64,000 nt of DNA from Aplysia californica (lineage: Eukaryota). The translations under genes were made by a program, and so were the position numbers. The notes beneath the pieces were generated by a model. It was not told the origin of the DNA, did not search any database, and saw only the letters and a list, made by a program, of their open reading frames with translations. Where the stretch lies: contig NW_004797499.1 in assembly GCF_000002075.1 (NCBI RefSeq), forward strand, positions 783,891 through 847,890, given 5' to 3'. Of this stretch, positions 48,950-63,689 are shown piece by piece (the stretch's first letter is position 1; every line of letters starts with the position of its first letter).

Positions 48950-49285
48950 AGTCGAGAGACTAACATACAATGAATAGTTTCAATCATTCATGAGACTACC
49001 AATACAATGAAACATTTCTTATTCATGAAGCTAACAATCCAATGTATAGCCACTCATTCATAAGACTAGAAACAAAATGTTAACCCCCCCCCCCCCCCCC
49101 AAAAACAACCAAAAAAAAATTTAATTAAAAAATCCCCTAAACGACAACAACAAAAACCAAACCCAAACAACCCTCTGTCTCGAGACTTATAACACAATGA
49201 AACAACCCAATCGTGAGATTTACAACACAATAAACAACGATTAATTCATGAGACTTACAACACAATAAACAACTTATTCACGGGA
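48950..49285. repeat. Degenerate ~35-bp minisatellite (catgagact...acaatgaa)
   Basis: About seven loose copies, interrupted by a poly-C/A tract. Confidence 0.6.
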
Positions 49286-49576
49286 GCCTTGAATAAAAGA
49301 GAGCAATTGGGAATTAGATCCGTCCATGTCAGCTCCAGACAAGACAAAATTTTGAAGTTGATAAGATTACATGTACTTACGCACAGTGATCGAGTTGACC
49401 ATTGTGAGCCTAGGGGTCAGCGGGTGCTGGGTGCAGATAACATCTTCATTACGCAATGATCATGTTTCTGGGATTGGCTTGTTTATAATGTTCAAAGTTT
49501 TAAGCTACTTATTCATACTCGAATACCCTCTGAGGGGCAACAGGGTCTACGTATACACCCGGGCAAGTCGAAATTA

Positions 49577-50261
49577 GTGAAGCTAGGAAAAGTTTCAAGC
49601 CCTGCTGTGAGAGTGGAAGACACTCCCATGGAAGAACTGGACTCCTTTACCTACCTTGGAAGTGTCATCGATGGTAAAGGTGGAACCGAGGCAGATGTAA
49701 AAACAAGAATCGCCAAGGCAAGGTCAGCATTCAATCAATTATCAAAAGTCTGGAAAGCAAGCAACATCTCACTGCGCACCAAGATTCGACTCTTTAACTC
49801 CAATGTCAAGTCGGTACTCCTCTACGGCTGCGAAACTTGGAAGACAACAAAGGTAGTAATGAATAAAGTCCAGACTTTCATCAACAGATGTATGAGTATG
49901 AGAAGTATCCTAAGAATTAAGAGGCAGGATAGAATAAGAAATAAAGAGCTGTGGGAAACGACAGGACACTTGGATATTGAAGTAGAAATAGGACTTAGAA
50001 AGTTGCGATGGATGAGGCACACCTTCAGAAAGCTCAGCGGAAACATCACACGACAGACCCTGCAGTGGAACCCACAGGAAGCACGAGACAGGGGTAGGCC
50101 ACGGGAAACATGGAGTAGATGTGTGGAAAGGGACATGAGAGAGATGAAGCTCACTTGGAACAAGCCAGGAAGGATGGCCCAGCCAAGACAGAGATAAATG
50201 GAAGGAGCTTGTATGTGGCCAATACTCTGCCAGGGGTGAAAGGCATTGGTGATGATGATGA
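49577..50261 (+). mobile_element. 5'-truncated RTE-clade LINE fragment
   Basis: FTYLGSVIDGKGGTEADVKTRIAKARSAF...LFNSNVKSVLLYGCETW...RGRPRETW, short 3' UTR and (GAT)n tail. Confidence 0.9.
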
Positions 50262-52846
50262 GCCTCTAAAGGGCAACAAGGGTCTTCAGCAAATTTCTTT
50301 GGCAGCATGCTCACCCCCAAGTTACTACGTGGGTTCTGATCTGAGGGGCAAGTGGCTACATGAAAACAGGGATAGTCTGCTAGTCCACTTGACGGTCTAC
50401 CTGATCGATCATGGTCAAGGAGGTTGTAAATAAAAGGAAAAGTCCTTGGCCATTGCCCATCTGTGCTGTACCCATTGGTTAGAGTTAGGGTTACGACTAG
50501 GGTTAAGGTTAGGGCCAGGGTTGTTGATTGCAGGAGACTAGAAGACCGTCAAGTGGAACAATTGTCACACTGGTCCGGAGGTAGATCGTCAAGTAGAAAA
50601 GACACATCAGGGTAGACCCATACATCTACCGACGCCCGTCTCTTACTCTTACGGTATTCTAGAATGCAGTCGGCGCGAGAACCTTTTAAAACAAAAACAT
50701 TAGTCGCTGAGAATACTTATGAGACTTAATGGAGATGAATTTGATGTCTCAGACTATGAAGATCCACGCCGATGCACCAAGTTTAAACACGAGTAACTCC
50801 TCTTAAAGAATCAACACAATTAGTGTTGTGTTACGTGCATTTTAAGAACCCAACTCAAGAGCAAAGTGGAGTTCACTACTTTGCAATTGCAATACACCGT
50901 TTTNNNNNNNNNNNNNNNNNNNNNNNNNNNNNNNNNNNNNNNNNNNNNNNNNNNNNNNNNNNNNNNNNNNNNNNNNNNNNNNNNNNNNNNNNNNNNNNNN
51001 NNNNNNNNNNNNNNNNNNNNNNNNNNNNNNNNNNNNNNNNNNNNNNNNNNNNNNNNNNNNNNNNNNNNNNNNNNNAACAATAACAACAACAACCAACAAA
51101 CATACAAATCTACCCCCCCCCCCAAAAAAAAAAAAAACACACGAAAAAACAACAACAACAACAACAAAAACAAAAAAACCCAATAACCCAACCCCAAAAA
51201 CCGAAAGGGAAGAGGATGGGAGAGACATTGAGAGAGAGATAGGAGGATAAAAAAACAAGGTCAGACGGATCANNNNNNNNNNNNNNNNNNNNNNNNNNNN
51301 NNNNNNNNNNNNNNNNNNNNNNNNNNNNNNNNNNNNNNNNNNNNNNNNNNNNNNNNNNNNNNNNNNNNNNNNNNNNNNNNNNNNNNNNNNNNNNNNNNNN
51401 NNNNNNNNNNNNNNNNNNNNNNNNNNNNNNNNNNNNNNNNGGGGGGGGTGTGAGACTGCAGGAACGGGCGAAAGAGGGAGTAGGACGCTATATTTTCACG
51501 NNNNNNNNNNNNNNNNNNNNNNNNNNNNNNNNNNNNNNNNNNNNNNNNNNNNNNNNNNNNNNNNNNNNNNNNNNNNNNNNNNNNNNNNNNNNNNNNNNNN
51601 NNNNNNNNNNNNNNNNNNNNNNNNNNNNNNNNNNNNNNNNNNNNCTCCCAATCCCCTGCCCCTAAAAAATACCCCAACATACATACAAATATGTGTACAA
51701 TTACTGTTGGGGAAAAAAATTATGACAAGTCTGCAGATCTAGTAAGCTTATGGTCGTAATTTTGTCTATATACTCTCGAATAGTTCATTACATGCTGAAC
51801 AAATGTGAAAAACAGAGTTTTAGATAGGGAAATACGCAGATAGGCAGTCAGGCAAAGAGAAAGAAGAACTCGCACAAAATAGATGAAAAAGTGTGAGTGG
51901 ACTTTGAAAAAGGGAAAGGTGGGGGGGGGGGGGGTAAATTAGCAAATCTAATGTTTGAAAAGTACGCGCTTGTGTGAGCGCGTGTGTATTTTGTTTTGTT
52001 TGTTATTTTTCTATGAGATTCTTGGGTGGGCACGGGGTTAGGGTATTTTTGTAACCTCCTAGCCCAGGCTCATGGTTTGAAAAATAAAAATAAAACCGAA
52101 AAGAAAAAGAAGAATTTTCTTTTCGGGATTCATTAGGCCTGCATGTATCACAATAATGCACCCGATACATGTCTTATTTTCCACTACAAAATCGGTATAT
52201 TTCAATTTTGCTCCTCCCACTTGTAAAGACAATTAATCCATTCCTTCCCTTTTGTCTAATTTATATTGTCTACGTTTCATCATTAAAGCGTAGCTATTCT
52301 AATAACAAAAACAAACAACACACAAGACAAACTCACCTCTACTTCACGATAGGAGAAAAATCAATCTCAATGACTGACCCAGTCCTCCCTCTCTTCTTTC
52401 GTTTGACCAGAGGAGTATTTGAGCATTTATGTTAACTAGTACGTTCCGGCATTCCACGTCGCCTCTGAGGTTTCTGGGAGAACGCAAGTGCGTTCCAAAC
52501 GATCAGGTAGAACTTAAATGGGTCTTTGACTTTGAGGCCGATGGTGCCAGAAGGGAGTGGAGTAAGTGTATGGGACAGGACTCCTTGTCTTATTACCTAA
52601 CGAGGCTCGAGAGTCGGAAGCAGTGGAAGATAAGAGCATGACTTACCAGAAACGATTAGCCTTTTCATATACATTAGGCTTATAGGACGAATGCGTCAGA
52701 CGTAGTTGTATTAATAATGTAGTGGTAAAGATAGGTCTCTTCTTCCTTTTCTCTATGGGGGGTGCCTGCCTGTCTACTCTGTGTGTCTTGCTGTCTCTTT
52801 CACACGCACTTGCACGGGGAAGGGGGGAAAGGGGGGGGGCACACAA

Positions 52847-52908
<62 letters not shown>

Positions 52909-53480
52909 TGACAGACAGACAGCCTAAGAGACTAATACGAATAGCCATGTTCCAAAACAATACAATACATCTCCAGAGAGTAGTCATGGCAACAACAAAA
53001 CTTTCCACCCTTCCCAAATGAAGTATGGGTTACACATTATATTATAAGCTTAGGTATCTACATTATATTATTATTATTATACTGGAAGAGATCTACATGC
53101 TCAACCAATTGAAGTCGGGGAAGGTTTGAGAACAATGTTTCGTACACTTCTAAAATTGTGGAAAAATTATCAACACTTTAGTCAAGGAGCCCTTGAAATT
53201 ATGAAATATTACATTACTTTTAATTGAACGCAAAATGACAACATGCAAACTAAATGTTTATACGTAGATAAACATAGTACAAGTAGATAGTCTATCGTCT
53301 GTTTAGCAGACAGTGCACATGTTATCCGAAGAGTGTCTAGTTCGTACTGTATCTTGTAGGCTTACACATTCTTCGACACCCCTCCTCAATGCATGTATCT
53401 CCTCTTTTCTTTTCGAGTTCTTTGTAAGAATAATTATGTTGCAGATTGATTCAGGTATAGCTCTTTTTCTGTATATGTTA

Positions 53481-53541
<61 letters not shown>

Positions 53542-53951
53542 AGGCTTTTCGCAAAAAGAAATGGTTTAAAAAAGTCGTTCTGTAGGCGTACACTGTCCAG
53601 ACTTACACAATCCTTTTGTTTTCAACACATAGACGCAGTATTTCAATATCTCAGACGAATAATAAATTCTTCGATTATTTATTCAAGCCTAGATTCGTTA
53701 ACAGAGAAAATGGGTTGGGTCATTCGGTATCAAAATGTCCTGCTTCGGTTTCTCAGTAGGGTGTTAAGTATTTAAGATTACACCCCACATTCAAGCTGAC
53801 ATTTTTTGACTCATCGTCCCCTGAATGCAGTCCACCTAGCCCCGATATCTTGAAACTAATATAATGTCATAGCTTAACACGGAAATGGGATCGGGCCAAT
53901 ATATATATATATATATATATACATGTACAGTGTTACTATAATTTATAATTA

Positions 53952-55045
53952 TCGCTACCTCAGAACTACAAATTTGTTTCTGCTCCGTATAGTGGAACTC
54001 GGATTTAACGAGCTCGGATTCAACGAGAACTCGGATTCAACGAGAACTCGGATTCAACGAGATGAGATATATTCCCCGTTGTTTTTTTCTTTAAAATCAA
54101 TAAAAGTAACCCGGATTCAACGAGCACTTAAATCAGCGAGCTCGGATTCAACAGGGTGAACAGCCCCTGCGGACGTGCCTTCGCTAATTTTTCTCCCAGA
54201 ACGAACTTTATCTATTCCCGGAAACAATCCATTGCACCTGCATCGTGAATCATTATTCACTTAGCCGATTGCATGCGACCAATCAGCGGCCTTTTTAAAT
54301 ACCAACACATGTGAAGTTGGCCCACGCACGTGTTTTCTCTGGTGTGAGTCGGGGTCGGATGGGCGGCCTGCACACGTGTGACTGTGTATGCGTGTCGGGG
54401 AGGGGGCACTAGCGGTCCGGGCGTTGAACGTCGCATACAAAAGCGTCATAGTCTTTTTTCCCCTCGGCAACTGATCAATATTACAATAATAAGCTAGTCT
54501 TGACGTAGATCTAAGTACTGAATTGTGCGCTGGTCTATGGAATCAAAATTTGCCGTATGCTAGGCTCTACACAGCAACACAACTTTTTGGTAAACAATCG
54601 AGATTACACAGGCGTGAGTATTTGAACGAATCGGTCTTAAAAAAAAAAAAACACAGCTCATAATATGCAGGCATTTCAGGCACTACTTACGACTTGTCTC
54701 GTACAGTACTTGCTCAGTACCTGTAATTTTCTACACAAAACCTCGTGTTTGCTATACGAACACTCGTACTCAACGAGATTTTAGGTCAGGCCCGACGACC
54801 TCGTTGAATCCAGGTTCCACTATACCTAGTTTTGAGAAATTTAACTTTAACGATTGCGAGTTTCACATCATGTCAAGCATTTTCGAATGCTGTTCTGTGA
54901 ATGAATATCTTGGTTATCGTTGATAACGACTCCGAATAATCTTACGCTTTTGATAGAGCAGATAGAATTTGGTTTCTGACCTCATGGTCTGAGTAACTCA
55001 AAACGGCCAAAAATGTCAGACAGAATTATAATTCTGAGGTAGTGA
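53952..55045. mobile_element. Outer TA-flanked MITE that hosts the 53990-54822 insertion
   Basis: Left tcgctacctcagaactacaaatttgt versus rc of right tcactacctcagaattataattctgt; TA at 53950-53951 and 55046-55047. Confidence 0.7.
53990..54822. mobile_element. pogo/Tigger-like MITE
   Basis: TIR TAGTGGAACTCGGATTTAACGAG / rc TAGTGGAACCTGGATTCAACGAG, TA flanks, repeated CTCGGATTCAACGAG subterminal motif. Confidence 0.85.
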
Positions 55046-55920
55046 TATACTATATCATTATCGTTATCGCTTTCCCCTATGGCAATTTGTACTACTACGA
55101 TCAGGCTGACTGAAAATTGAAAGTCAATTTTTTAAAATCTTTTAACTTTTCTGTTTCAAACCCTTGGAGGAGATATTACATTGCAGAAGGAAACCTATGC
55201 TCGTGTGTAATAAAAACTATCCTATTCGTTAATAATTACATAGGGCTATAGTGTATGTAAATTTGATCCCCACCTACCGCGTTCATATGACCGTATGCAG
55301 TTGTGAGCGCTGTAAACCCCCCCCCCCCCAAAAAAAAAAAAAAAAAAAAAAAGCAAAAACAAAAACCAATCAAACAAAAACAAGAAGCAACAACAAACAA
55401 ACAACAAAAAATCAAAAGGAAAAAAACCAACCCTGTTTAAAACGTATAACAGGATTCGGCTATAACAGGGGTATCACGTCAGTCGCGACGGTGCTGTTGC
55501 TAGAAGAACCGGGGCCCACAGCATGGCTGCATATAGATTAAGTTAACGAATACCGTATCCAAAAGTACTTGAAAGTAGTGAACTCATTTTTTACAAGACC
55601 ACAGCAATATATAACACTCACAACCAAGTTTTAGTAAACGTTTCACGGCTTTTGCAAAACAATTACGTTATGTAAGTGCCAGAGATTCGAGGTGTTACAA
55701 GACACACATTAAAATAAAAAAAATAGGAGAGATATATGGAAGATAGATGTTTGGCTTTGAATAGATAGGAAAGGAGTTAAAAAACACACAAAAGCATCCG
55801 CCAACAATCCACTTAATGACTTATGCATGTCCACAGACAGGTGCGTTGATTGTTGCTTGAGTGCTGAGGTACATGTACCTCGTCGCTGTCTTTTTTTTTG
55901 GGGTGCTTTCTTCTGAGCGA

Positions 55921-56281
55921 TTTTAGACCACCAACGGATATTTACAACCTGCGCAACTTGCACACGGGCCCTTCGTGAAATTTTCGCTCTTGTTCGAGAA
56001 GGCTAGGTGTAGATCTTACCTACCAGAAGATCAGGGGTGTGGCTGAAAGACAGCAGTAATTGAATAAGAAGGAGCCAAGAGTAGCCAGTAGAAAGAGTCA
56101 GGAGCCCAGAGGAGGGGGTGGGGGCAGAAAGAGGAGACGAAAGCAGACGACAGAAAATGGTTAGAGAACAGGAAAGGAGGTGAAAGGAGATAATTTTAGA
56201 AGAAAAGTTTTCGGTCGCTACCGGTACCCAGAATCTTTGATTGAATGAGAGGCCTTAACCTCTGGGCCACGAGAGCCCCCC
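55921..56281 (-). mobile_element. SINE family A, 5' two-thirds
   Basis: Matches the head and body of 48088-48606. Confidence 0.8.
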
Positions 56282-56582
56282 GACAGATGTTAGATCAGAA
56301 AGAAGGAGCAAAGCACACCAGGGCACCCGCCAACCACCTACTGCAAGTCTCTGTTAAATTTCTGAAACTGAATGTCGACATTTTTTTATTTCCATGCCAG
56401 CCTTTTTTCCCGATCACAGATGCAACACAGCAAGGTATTATGGAAAATGTCAAGTAAAATACATGTATTATAAAAACACACACAACATAGGCCTACTCCA
56501 TGCAAATACCGCATGTATAAATTCAAATTATTGACCAACCTGCGTTGAGTTTTTTAAAAAATTCATTTATTTAAAAAATTGT

Positions 56583-57106
56583 TGGTAAGTGTTTTACGGC
56601 TCTCGCAACTGAATAAGGTCAGAATATGATGAGCGCGCGGGACACATTAAACACTTTCAATCGGTAGAAAATTTTGAATTTTGCCCGGGTGGCGGCCAAA
56701 GCCTACTCTCATCGATTTTGGACCACCAAGAGATCTTTAACGAGCGCAACTTGCACAAGGGACCTCCGAGATTTTTCGCCCTTATTCAAGAAGGCTAGAG
56801 GTGTTAGATCTTACCTAACATAAGTTCAGGGGTGTGGCTGAAAGACAGCAGTAAGGAGCCAAGGAGTAGTTGTAGAAAGGCTGCGGAGAGTCAAAGGTCC
56901 GGAGGAGAGGGCAAAGGAGGTGTGGGGGTGGGGTGGGAGCAGAAAGTAGAGACGAAAGCAGACGATAGAATAATGTTAGTTAGAGAGCAGGAAAGGGGGT
57001 CAAAGGAGAAAATCTCAGGGAAGAAAATTCCCCGTCACTATCCGGCTTCAAACCCAGTACCTATTGAATGAGAGGCACTCCATAACTTCTCTACCACAAG
57101 AGCTCC
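56583..57106 (-). mobile_element. SINE family A copy
   Basis: Colinear reverse complement of 48088-48606. Confidence 0.85.
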
Positions 57107-59097
57107 TTCAAGTAAATGTGAGAACACTCACTACAACATAGTCCATGAAGATACATCAAGTATAAAATCAAATTATTGACCAACCTGAGTTGAGTGAGAT
57201 ACAGAATGTGATCTAAAAAAGCTTCTACTGCGAGCAAGACGACTGACTTTCATTAGACCACAGACGTTTGCTGCACATCATCATTGTTAATGTTAATTTG
57301 ACCCACTGGGTTCTGTCTTTGAAATGACTTGCTTTGTCATCAACAACAGTTTTGTTTACCATGACACATATTATCATTCCACTTCTTTTTCCCGCGGCAA
57401 GTAGTGCGGGTCACTGGGCTGGGACTAGGACAGACTACTCCGAAGAATGGCAGGAAATACGGGCACAGCCCTGGATAATGGTGTGCTGGTCAAACTCGGC
57501 CAAAGTTTTATGTTAAAATTTTTTAATCAGGCACTTGTCAATATTTGGGCATTTAGACATAATCTTAAAGCCTATTCATTTGTATTGCATTTGTTTTTTT
57601 AAAAAGTACCCATCTTGAACAGAAGTCGAAATATGTTCGCAATTGAAGTTGCTTTAGTTTAGTAAGTGTTTTACGGCACTTGCAACACAATAACTAAGGT
57701 CATATAAGTGCCGAAGACTGGAGGTGTTACAAGAGAGTAACAAACACACACACAAAAAAAAATAGGAGAGATAAGGAAGATAGAGTTTGATAGAAAAGAA
57801 GAAGCAAACCACACCAGAGCACCCGCCAACCACCCACTTGAAGGCGTTGGTGTCGCCTGGTGACAGATACAATTAGTGAGAAAATGGCAGCCGAATTTGA
57901 CTTCAAAGCTGTACATGAAGTGTATCCTTGAAAACTGCAAATGTACATTTTTTTGGGTGCCTTTGGTTGCTTTCACGAAAGCCTGCACAAAAATGTGTTT
58001 TAAATGGACATAAAAGTGTAAAATAGAGCCCTAAACAAAACAATTGCCAAACAGGTGCAAAAACGTTTTCTTCGACGCTGACTGCTTATTGGTACCACGA
58101 TTGTTTGCAATGAGGCTGATCCTAGTTCCATCAGTTCAATCTGGTAATCGAGCGCTCTTAAACCTGGATTGTATGGAGTTTTATTTACATCAGTCCATTT
58201 CTGTTAATATTTTCCCCTCAATCACTCAACTGTGAAACAAAAAAAACCAACAAACAAATGTACAGCACTGCGCCTCTACGACTATGGCAGAAGAAAACAC
58301 AAAATGACAGAACAATGTAACAGATGTACATAGGCCAAGGGTCAAAGAGGGTGACCTTACAAAAGCAACAACAAAGTAGCGTTAGTTTAATTATTTTTAT
58401 TTTTGTACATACAATTTGCGTTACTTGTACTGATATAAGTCACATTCCCACAACCAACTCTCAACGGATCAAACACACACCACTCAACCAGTCCAGGTAC
58501 ACACATTTCATCTTCTATCAAGAACTTGTGAGTAAAATCAAACACACCATCATAAAGACTTGTTGCATTCTCCGTGCACACACCTGATGTAAGGATGACT
58601 CAAGAGGAATGACTTCTCTTTGACTTGAGAGCAATGAAATCTTCTGACCTCCCTCTGTCAGGGAGCAATAATTAACTTGGCAAACTTGGTAACAAGTCCA
58701 ACATTTACACACAATTACAACTCACAAACACTCAACTCAATATAACTAGTATCCAAAAAAAGAGCTTTGCAGTTATACATCAAATTTTGAAACTTCAATT
58801 TTTTATCTAACAGTAAAAAGTTCTGTGAACTAGATCAGAATCTTAAAATCCCAGTCTCAATGTCTTAGAAAAAAAATTCCCCCAAGACACAAAAACACCC
58901 AACAGAATAATTTCTAACAATTGCAGCATGTCAACTGCAGGCATTAAATAAATATCATTTTTTGACAGCAAAAGAAAAAGTCACATTTTCAGAATTCCTT
59001 CACAGCTGACAAGAGTTTCTGCACTTGTCACCATCAAAGACAGAATAACGGCAGTCAATGTTCCTCTTAAATGAAATCAAGCACATGGTCCCAAGAT

Positions 59098-61574
59098 TTA
59101 GCCGCGTTTGTATTTTCCCCAGATGTGCAACACGAAGACTGAAGCGATGAAGATGAGACTCATGACCAGGACTGGTACTGGGCCGCTGGAAAACAGAACA
59201 GAAAACTATGAAATACTGACATTCCAATCCTTTGACAGGGATATGGAGATCATAGGTTACATCCTCATATTTTTCGGTGAACCGAAACTATTGCACAAAC
59301 ATGCAGCAAGTTATAGCATAGCGGAAGTCTCATGAAAGTTGACACCCCCCCTCCCCCCTCCCCCGGGAAGTTCCAGTCCACCATCCCAACCCTCCACATC
59401 CCAGCAACAAACCATTACACATAAAGCTTTCATGCAACTGACCGAAGAGGCCAGTCCACTTCTTTTCTTGCATTTTAAAGATAAAAGGGAGGAGAAACTA
59501 AAGATGAACTCTGCACCCTTATCTTATGCCAGCTGTTTATGCATTATTCTAATATTACTAATAACATTCTCTTTCAAGAACTGGGAATTTCTTAAAAACA
59601 CCTCCATTAAAGTTTAATCATGAAAGTCATTTTTCTATCAGTCAGAATCTCACTCTTATCCACTGCATAAATTCACATGATCAGACAGATCTAAATTTAA
59701 AAAGAATTTTTTAAACCCAAACTTTTCCTACTCCCGCGGGATCACTGTTAATCCCGTTTCCACTTACTTCAACACAAAATGAAGAAAAATAAAAGTGCAG
59801 CACATTTTGTACAACTTCTCACAACTTGCATGCCCATATGACCTTATGCAGCTGTGAGCGCCGTAAAACTCTAACTAAAAAAAACCCAACCTTTTCACTT
59901 GACAAATTTTAACAGCATTTCACTGATGCCACAATTTAAAAATCATTTTCAAGTAAAATAAGGTCCAATTGATTGATTCTATGCAAACGGGCGTCTCCAT
60001 ACAAAAGATAAGCTCTTGTATTTCTAAAACTGAACCTCCCATTTACACAAAAAGATCAAAGTGATCCAGAAAACATGAGTACAGAGAATGCCATTGTACT
60101 TTTTAGTATTCAGTTAAGTCCATTTCACATTCAAACATTCTCCAAGACGATCATGGGCACTTTCCTCTAAATTCAAACAGAAAGGCATGAACTTACACTT
60201 TGATTCCCGGAGAGTCTTCGGTGTAGAATCTCCACATTCCAGCGCTGCTTCCCGCTGCCTTGCGAGCTCCACCAGTGGCAGGGGCTTTCCTGATGGACAT
60301 AACAGAATACAATAAATTGTATAGGAGAGATGGTAAAAACTATTGCAAAGATGCATAAAAATTACTACATTTAGCAAGGTGCCAAAGGAAAATTAGACAA
60401 AGCCAACACACAAAGAAAAAACAGAAAAAAAGTAGACAACACAAGGGGACTAATGGAGTACAAACAACAATTAAAAACTAGTAAAATGTACAAACTAACC
60501 CACTGCAGAAAAACATGACATTTAGTTCATACAGTGAAGATGACTGATGCTATCATTTGATGTGAAGGAAATGATAAACACTTTAAAAAATTAATTTAAA
60601 TAGCATTTTCTCAGATGTGAGTGAAAATGACACTAAAAATAAGAAAATAGAGTATACCAACATTAATTCTGTAATGCTTTTTCCTCGAATGCTCAAGTAC
60701 TCAAGAAAAATTAGTGTATGATGTTTTTGCAGTACATTATGTGTTGGAAACTGTCTCAGCAAGTCACCGACCCTCTTCCCCCTTCTGCTCAGTCCCAACC
60801 CTGTTACCACCCAAATGCACTCATTGCAAGAGGAACCAGGCCATTTCAAGTAAAAGAACTCTACTAATCGCAGGCAGAATTGCATACAGACGTAAGTCAT
60901 TTTTGGCGGCCTTTGAGATACGTCTCTATGTAATATCGAAGTGTGCAGGGGAGAGCGGGGGCGAGCGACCACCCAATTCGGCTTTGTATTATTTTTTTTA
61001 CGGGAAGCCCCATAGCGTTGTGGTAAGTTCAGCCTAAACAACTCTGATGTCTAAAGAAACTAGAAGGGATAATCTATAACTTCAGAAACTTTTATAAATA
61101 TACAGCAAGTAGTTTTCATTTTATCGCATTGTAAAATTTGCCTTGTTTTCAGAAGCCAATATTCCTTCATTTTGAAGATCTTTCTTTTCTGTTTAAAAAG
61201 ATGTATCAGACGTGGAAGTGCGATTCACAAAATGAAACAAAACTGAGTTGTTTAGACCCACCATTATTTGAGGATACACGGCCGGTCACAAACGTTTACG
61301 GGCCGCATCGTGGCCGATTTGCCCTGCCGCGAGTGCGTCCACTAAACTGCCTATTTTAACAAAGATGAAGGGGAAAAAATGAAAATTTTAATTTCTATAG
61401 TTGAAGCCGAGGTCCGTTGTATCTGATTTTAGTGCAACCCCAATAACTAGTTTTGCGGAGAAATTCTCTCGGCACTTACCTTTGTCTAGGGGTAGTTCCC
61501 CCTGAGGACCTGGGTGCGATGGACTTTGACGGTCCACGGCTGCCACCTCCGACAGATGTGGAACTTGATGATGG
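59098..61574 (-). CDS. SEC61B: Protein transport protein Sec61 subunit beta (ATG-bearing first exon not located)
   Basis: Exons 61574-61480 ([32 protein letters not shown]), 60289-60197 (KAPATGG...[16 protein letters not shown]) and 59185-59098 ([28 protein letters not shown]), with canonical GT-AG sites and matching phases. Confidence 0.96.
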
Positions 61575-62394
61575 CTGAAAGAAAAAGTACATTTTTTAAA
61601 GATTGATTACATAGATTTCAGTCACTTCTAAATTTTGACTGATTGCTTAGACCTGACATACCAACGGCAGTGTTGGGGGTGAGTTCAGCAACGTGTGGCG
61701 ACTAGAGGTTTACCGATTGTGGCCACTTGCTGTAACTGCAGGCGCGGTTAAATTGTTAGGAACAGGCCTAGATCAAGGAGTACAATATCATCCTTGGCCT
61801 AGATCTAGTCTTCTGATGAATGAGAGCAAAATCAAAATTCTGTCTGGCCTACTAAATCTAGTCTAGATCTAGATTTAGTAGTAGCCTATTTATTAACAAG
61901 TCTAGAATCTAAATCTAGATCCAGCAGCCTACTACAGAAGGCTCGATAGGGTTTAGAGGCTTACTTCTACTTGCTCCTAGCACGGTTTGGATAAAAAATC
62001 TAGTAGGCCTAAGGGCTAGATAATTTTATGGAAGGACTTCCGTAACGAGGAAGCACCCTAACAAACAACGAAGAGACCTAACCCTAACGAACTGTCCAAA
62101 CCCTTTATATTCCACTACTGTCTCATAATATTGGTGGTGTCAATTGCCACCGAGTAAATTGGAGCTCTTTTGTGTTTGTGAGTAGATCTAGCCTGTCATG
62201 TGCTCGGTGTTCTGCGTTCGTAAACTTGCGACACGCGCCTCTCTCTTTGCCCCTCTCTGTGTGGGGGCGGGGGTCTCTCTCTCTCCCCCTAACCCCAGTC
62301 CCCCGGATTTATGTTCACCGATAAATAATATATATGGAACGTTTCTGCTTGAGTTTGTGGAATACTTTTAGAATAGCCTGCGAAGCCTACTTTT

Positions 62395-62782
62395 ATCGAT
62401 TTTAGACCATCAAGGGATCTGCGCGCAACTTGCACACGGGCCCTCCGAGATTTTTCGACCTTGTCCGAGAAGGCTAGGTGTAGATCTTTCCAACCAGAAG
62501 ATCAGGGGTGTGGCTGAAAGACAGCAGTAAGAAGAAACAACAGGAGTAACAGTAGAAAGGCTGCAGAAAGAATCGGGAGCCCAGAGGAAGGGGCAAAGGA
62601 GGTGAGGGGGTGGGGGCAGAAAGAGGAAACAAAAGCAGACGACAGAACATTGCTAGAGAGCAGGAAATGAGGTGAAAGGAGACAAATTAAGAGAAGAAAA
62701 TTTTTCGGTCGCTACCCGGATTCGAACCCGGGACCTTTGAATGAGAGGCCAACACCTTAACCTCCAGGCCACGAGAGCCCCC
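62395..62782 (-). mobile_element. SINE family A, 3'-truncated, with intact B box
   Basis: rc GGGGGCTCTCGTGGCCTGGAGG...GGGTTCGAATCC, then the family A body. Confidence 0.85.
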
Positions 62783-63689
62783 CATTGTCCAGCGTTTGTG
62801 TTGGGATGCGAATCTTAGCAACCGATTACGCCGGACGTTTCGGGCAGGCCGCCGGGGCCACTCAGTGTGTACTGTTGGTGTACAGCACACGCATGCCTGG
62901 AAACGTGTTTTCGCCAAGAATACAGAGGGAGTATGTTAATGGACGATGAAAATAACGCTTTATCTTTCATAGCTTTCTATTTATAAAGTGTTACAAACAC
63001 ACGAATAACCCCCTCTCATAAGCTGATAAGACATTACGAGTAGTTACGCCCATTCGAATAACTTTTCTTGTTGTATATGAATGACCTGGGGTTCTAACAA
63101 GGGATAATGTCAATTTCCGAATTTCTGCACTCAAATTGTTCTTTGTACCTGCACAATGGTATTCAAAATTATCAAATAAGTTTATTTTTTATCAAGTAGT
63201 ATCGTTTCATAGAAAAATCAAGCTCTTTTGAAAGATTTTGTATAGAGAAATGGAAGTCTTGTTTCCTGACTGTCCTATCCTTTCGAGCTCCTCATGTCTA
63301 AGTAGGTCAACTTCTACAATTTCATTGGACGAATATCTAGAGCTACCAACTCTGCAAGTCTTAAATGAGACGTATGCCTCAGTTACGAACCAACGCAGGC
63401 GGTTCAAGAAGAAGGCCACAAACGCACACAAACTCAAGCAGACTGACGCACACACACTTTCAGCTATGTGAATGAGGATCCGACTCGGGACCCGAATTCA
63501 AGGGGAGATGGTGCTCAGCGCGCGTGCCCTGAGCCAGGGGCCAGACTGACGCAGGACCAGAACGTAGGGGAGGGGCCGAAAAAGGCTTATCGGGCGACAC
63601 TTACTTTACTTTTACTTTTCCGATCCAGCGGCCATTTGGGTTCTAGCCCTTCGGTCTGTCGATATGGCAAAGAATTGACAGGTTTTAAT

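Noticed and set aside
52331-52430. Possible non-coding first exon of the LPMO gene (GAG|GTGAGT donor on the minus strand)
   Set aside because: Plausible, but supported only by a donor motif; not enough to call.
60583-61041. 152-aa ORF in a Sec61b intron
   Set aside because: No recognisable motif or splice support; likely a decayed repeat or chance ORF.
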